A stretch of 64,000 nt of DNA from an uncultured virus (IMG/VR IMGVR_UViG_3300023240_000015). Taxonomy: Duplodnaviria; Heunggongvirae; Uroviricota; Caudoviricetes. A program made the position numbers and the translations under genes. Numbering within the stretch: position 1 is the stretch's first letter; every line of letters starts with the position of its first letter. The stretch is taken from the IMG/VR virus record IMGVR_UViG_3300023240_000015, one strand, 5' to 3'. A model generated the notes under the pieces. The model searched no databases and had not been told where the DNA came from. It saw only the letters and a program-made list of their open reading frames with translations. Below are positions 61,785 to 64,000 of this stretch, one piece after another.

Positions 61785-61862
61785 CCTCCGTTAGCTCACG
61801 ATTGGCAGAGCAAGCTCTTTATAAGAGCGAGGTAGCTGGATCGACGCCAGCACGGAGGACCA
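61785..61862 (+). tRNA. tRNA-Ile(TAT)
   Basis: CCTCCGT/ACGGAGG, GCTC-TTTATAA-GAGC, CCA. Confidence 0.85.
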
Positions 61863-62071
61863 AACATTTTTTGGTGCGTAGGCGAACACAACTCTTCGCC
61901 CACCAAAACATTTTTAACGAGACGGTGCTGCAAGGTTCGATCAGATCATGATCTGTGAAAGACCCCAAGGAACGCACAATTAAAAAGTCTAATATAGTTT
62001 CACGACCTCATGAGGAAGTGTTACGACAATAAACACAGAAGGTTCGAATCCCACTGGATGCACCAATTTAT

Positions 62072-62148
62072 TGCGGTCAGGTGGTCTGGTTGACCATTCA
62101 AGTTTCATAAGCTTGAGAGCTAGGTTCGATTCCTAGGACTCGCTACCA
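62072..62148 (+). tRNA. tRNA-Met(CAT), 1:72 mismatch
   Basis: CAAGT-TTCATAA-GCTTG, GGTTCGATTCC, ACCA. Confidence 0.75.
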
Positions 62149-62174
62149 TTTGTTGAGTAGTCGTAGAAGTAAAA

Positions 62175-62399
62175 ATGATATGGAAGCATGGTGAAACGTT
62201 AAATAACTACACGAGGTTTTTCGAAGAAAAAAACACCGCCTTGCGATATTTTTGCGAGAAAAGAGGCTACAAAGCGTTGATCTTAAATGTGTCTGATAAT
62301 CCAGAATTTAACAAATTTTATAGAAAATATTTGAAACATTTTAATCGCAGGGTAGAGAAGGTGGTAACTCGGGGGTCTCATTCAGTAATCATGATGTGA
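62175..62399 (+). CDS. Small hypothetical ORF or gene remnant; its 3' end runs into a tRNA
   Basis: Coding-like AT-rich spacer. Confidence 0.35.
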   Translation: MIWKHGETLNNYTRFFEEKNTALRYFCEKRGYKALILNVSDNPEFNKFYRKYLKHFNRRVEKVVTRGSHSVIMM

Positions 62400-62447
62400 T
62401 TACTGAATAAGCCCTTTCATCGGATTCGAACGCCGCCCCCGCTACCA
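62346..62447 (+). tRNA. Initiator-like tRNA(CAT) with a 27-nt hairpin insertion in the anticodon loop
   Basis: C1:T72 mismatch, GGG-rich anticodon stem, CTCAT[insert]AA, ACCA. Confidence 0.65.
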
Positions 62448-62534
62448 TTTTTGCTACTATTTAAATTTTAATTTCAGAATAGCTACAAAACGATTCTGTT
62501 GACATCTAGGAAAGACTAGTGCCAATTTAAAAAT

Positions 62535-62609
62535 GGGAGATTAAGTTATGCGGTAAACTTCGGATTTCATAAGTCCAGATAACGGATTCAGACGCCGTAT
62601 CTCCTACCA
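62535..62609 (+). tRNA. tRNA(CAT), Met or lysidine-Ile2 type
   Basis: GGGAGAT/ATCTCCT, GGAT-TTCATAA-GTCC, CCA. Confidence 0.7.
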
Positions 62610-62619
62610 TACATTTTAA

Positions 62620-62699
62620 CGGAAATGGGACTGCTTGGCGTGGTCGCGTGATTTGGGATCACGATATTCAGCGGGATTCGATGGCCCGATTTCCGACCA
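62620..62699 (+). tRNA. tRNA-Pro(TGG)
   Basis: CGGAAAT/ATTTCCG, CGTGA-TTTGGGA-TCACG, CCA. Confidence 0.85.
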
Positions 62700-62917
62700 T
62701 ATGACTTTGGGATTAGTTCGATTCCACCTGTAAAGAACGTTCGTGAAATCCTTTTTGTTTCGTAAACTTTCTGCGCGGTATATGATAGTTGACTAAGTGC
62801 AACAACCCCGCACCTTTTCTGAGTTATGCAGTTGCGATAAAACGCTAAATAGATTGCAAACTCTATGGTGGAAGCTATGGTGAAAGCTGGCAACTTGCTT
62901 TGAAATGTTGTATTTAT

Positions 62918-63002
62918 GCGAGCGTGGCGAAATCGGCAGACGCGCCAGATTTAGGATCTGGTTCCGCAAGGAGTGTGGGTTCAAGTCCCTCCGTTCGCAC
63001 CA
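62918..63002 (+). tRNA. tRNA-Leu(TAG)
   Basis: Canonical class II; CCAGA-TTTAGGA-TCTGG. Confidence 0.93.
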
Positions 63003-63219
63003 AGTCTGGATGGGAATTGGAAACAAGACGGACTTCATAAATGTCTACCTCACCGAATCGTTATTATTTGTGATAATCAAATGACGCAACCCTGTTTGCG
63101 AAAGAGGATAAACCTTAAACAGTTCAATTTATCATACTCCCCGCGCCTCTAAATGTATGCGTAATTCGGGGAGTCTTTTGAGAAATTTGATCACAGAGTT
63201 GTCTCTTAACCATTTATAT

Positions 63220-63299
63220 GTCTCGCTCGCCTAAATAGCTTAATGGCGTTTCCCTTCCAAGGAAAAATAATGAGGGCTGCTAATCCTCGCGGGATACCA
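63220..63299 (+). tRNA. tRNA-Gly(TCC), divergent T loop
   Basis: TTTCC-CTTCCAA-GGAAA, CCA. Confidence 0.7.
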
Positions 63300-63389
63300 A
63301 TTTTGACTGATAGAGTCCTCCCCATCTAAGGGATTTGCCGGAAGGTGGTGGCGATTCAAAGAAAACTGGTTCAGTCGATAATTTAAAAA

Positions 63390-63467
63390 CGCTAAGTGGT
63401 GTAGTTGGAACTCGCACGACATTCTGAAAAAATGAGGGAATCTGTTCGAATCAGATCTTAGCGGCCA
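63390..63467 (+). tRNA. tRNA-Phe(GAA)
   Basis: CGCTAAG/CTTAGCG, CATT-CTGAAAA-AATG, GTTCGAATC. Confidence 0.8.
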
Positions 63468-63503
63468 TTATTCCGCTCGAATTAGAGCATGGAAAAATTT
63501 TAT

Positions 63504-63577
63504 GGGGCATAGCTGTGGTCAGCGGAGAATTCTTGCAAAATTCTTGTCTATGATTTCGATTATCATATGCTCCACCA
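63504..63577 (+). tRNA. tRNA-Ala(TGC), minimal D loop
   Basis: G3:U70, GAATT-CTTGCAA-AATTC, CCA. Confidence 0.8.
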
Positions 63578-63582
63578 TTTAA

Positions 63583-63657
63583 GCGGGTGTCGTATAACGG
63601 CTATTATGGGGCATTGCCTATGCCCAGATGGGAGATCGTCCCTCCCCACCCGCTCCA
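63583..63657 (+). tRNA. tRNA-Gly(GCC)
   Basis: GCGGGTG/CACCCGC, GGGCA-TTGCCTA-TGCCC, U73, CCA. Confidence 0.85.
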
Positions 63658-63662
63658 ATTTT

Positions 63663-63796
63663 AAACATGAGGCGGAAATGTAAATGACGCAGCATTATCG
63701 AAAGAACTCTGGAACATCTACTAGTGATGCGAAATCCATTATTCTTAGAGATGAATCCTCCAAATGCAGGAGTGGGTCCAAATCCCACCATGTTTA
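63663..63796 (+). ncRNA. tRNA-like RNA with a 66-nt expanded anticodon domain
   Basis: AAACATG/CATGTTT, GCG/CGC D stem, GCATT/AATGC, GTGGG-TCCAAAT-CCCAC. Confidence 0.55.
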
Positions 63797-63806
63797 AAGA
63801 ATTTTA

Positions 63807-63882
63807 GTCCTCTGAGGGAGCAGGTGAACCCCAACCTCTGCAAAAGGTTTGTTGCTCGGTTCGATACCGAGAGATGACTCCA
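63807..63882 (+). tRNA. tRNA-Cys(GCA)
   Basis: AACCT-CTGCAAA-AGGTT, GGTTCGATACC, U73, CCA. Confidence 0.85.
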
Positions 63883-63924
63883 CTTTTTAATTGACAATAT
63901 CTGAAATTTTGATATCTTCACCCT

Positions 63925-64000
63925 ATGAAGAAAATTATTGCAAACTTGGTGAGTTTTATATTTGAAATGATCGACCTTATATTTTGGTGTCTGTTTTTGT
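63925..64000 (+). CDS. Partial hydrophobic ORF running off the window
   Basis: ATG downstream of a TTGACA promoter at 63891. Confidence 0.5.
   Translation, partial: MKKIIANLVSFIFEMIDLIFWCLFL

Noticed and set aside
60708..63422. Short minus-strand ORFs across the tRNA array
   Set aside because: They are reverse-complement translations of tRNA genes.
1..64000. Stop-codon reassignment
   Set aside because: Conserved genes are full length in the standard code, and TAA, TAG and TGA all end genes at sensible positions.

Overview
AT-rich segment of a large T4-like (myovirus) phage genome in the standard genetic code. From left to right it holds: a lysis cassette (endolysin, holin-like protein, probable unimolecular spanin); replication genes (gp61 primase, gp62/gp44 clamp loader, DinG-like helicase); a GroES-like co-chaperonin; head, neck and packaging genes (gp15, gp20 portal, gp13, gp4, intein-containing gp21 protease, gp22, gp23, small terminase); baseplate gp25/gp6 and very large virion/fibre proteins; small accessory genes under sigma70-like promoters; and a ~4.5 kb array of about 18 tRNA genes mixed with HNH endonucleases and unexplained structured RNAs. 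The top finding lies upstream of the tRNA array: a 29-codon leader ORF (58275-58364) that uses 19 of the 20 amino acids, followed by mutually exclusive antiterminator and terminator hairpins. This looks like a translation-coupled attenuator that would switch on the phage tRNA operon when almost any host tRNA becomes limiting. Several array members have non-canonical folds. All assignments come from reading the sequence by eye; no database search or folding program was run.
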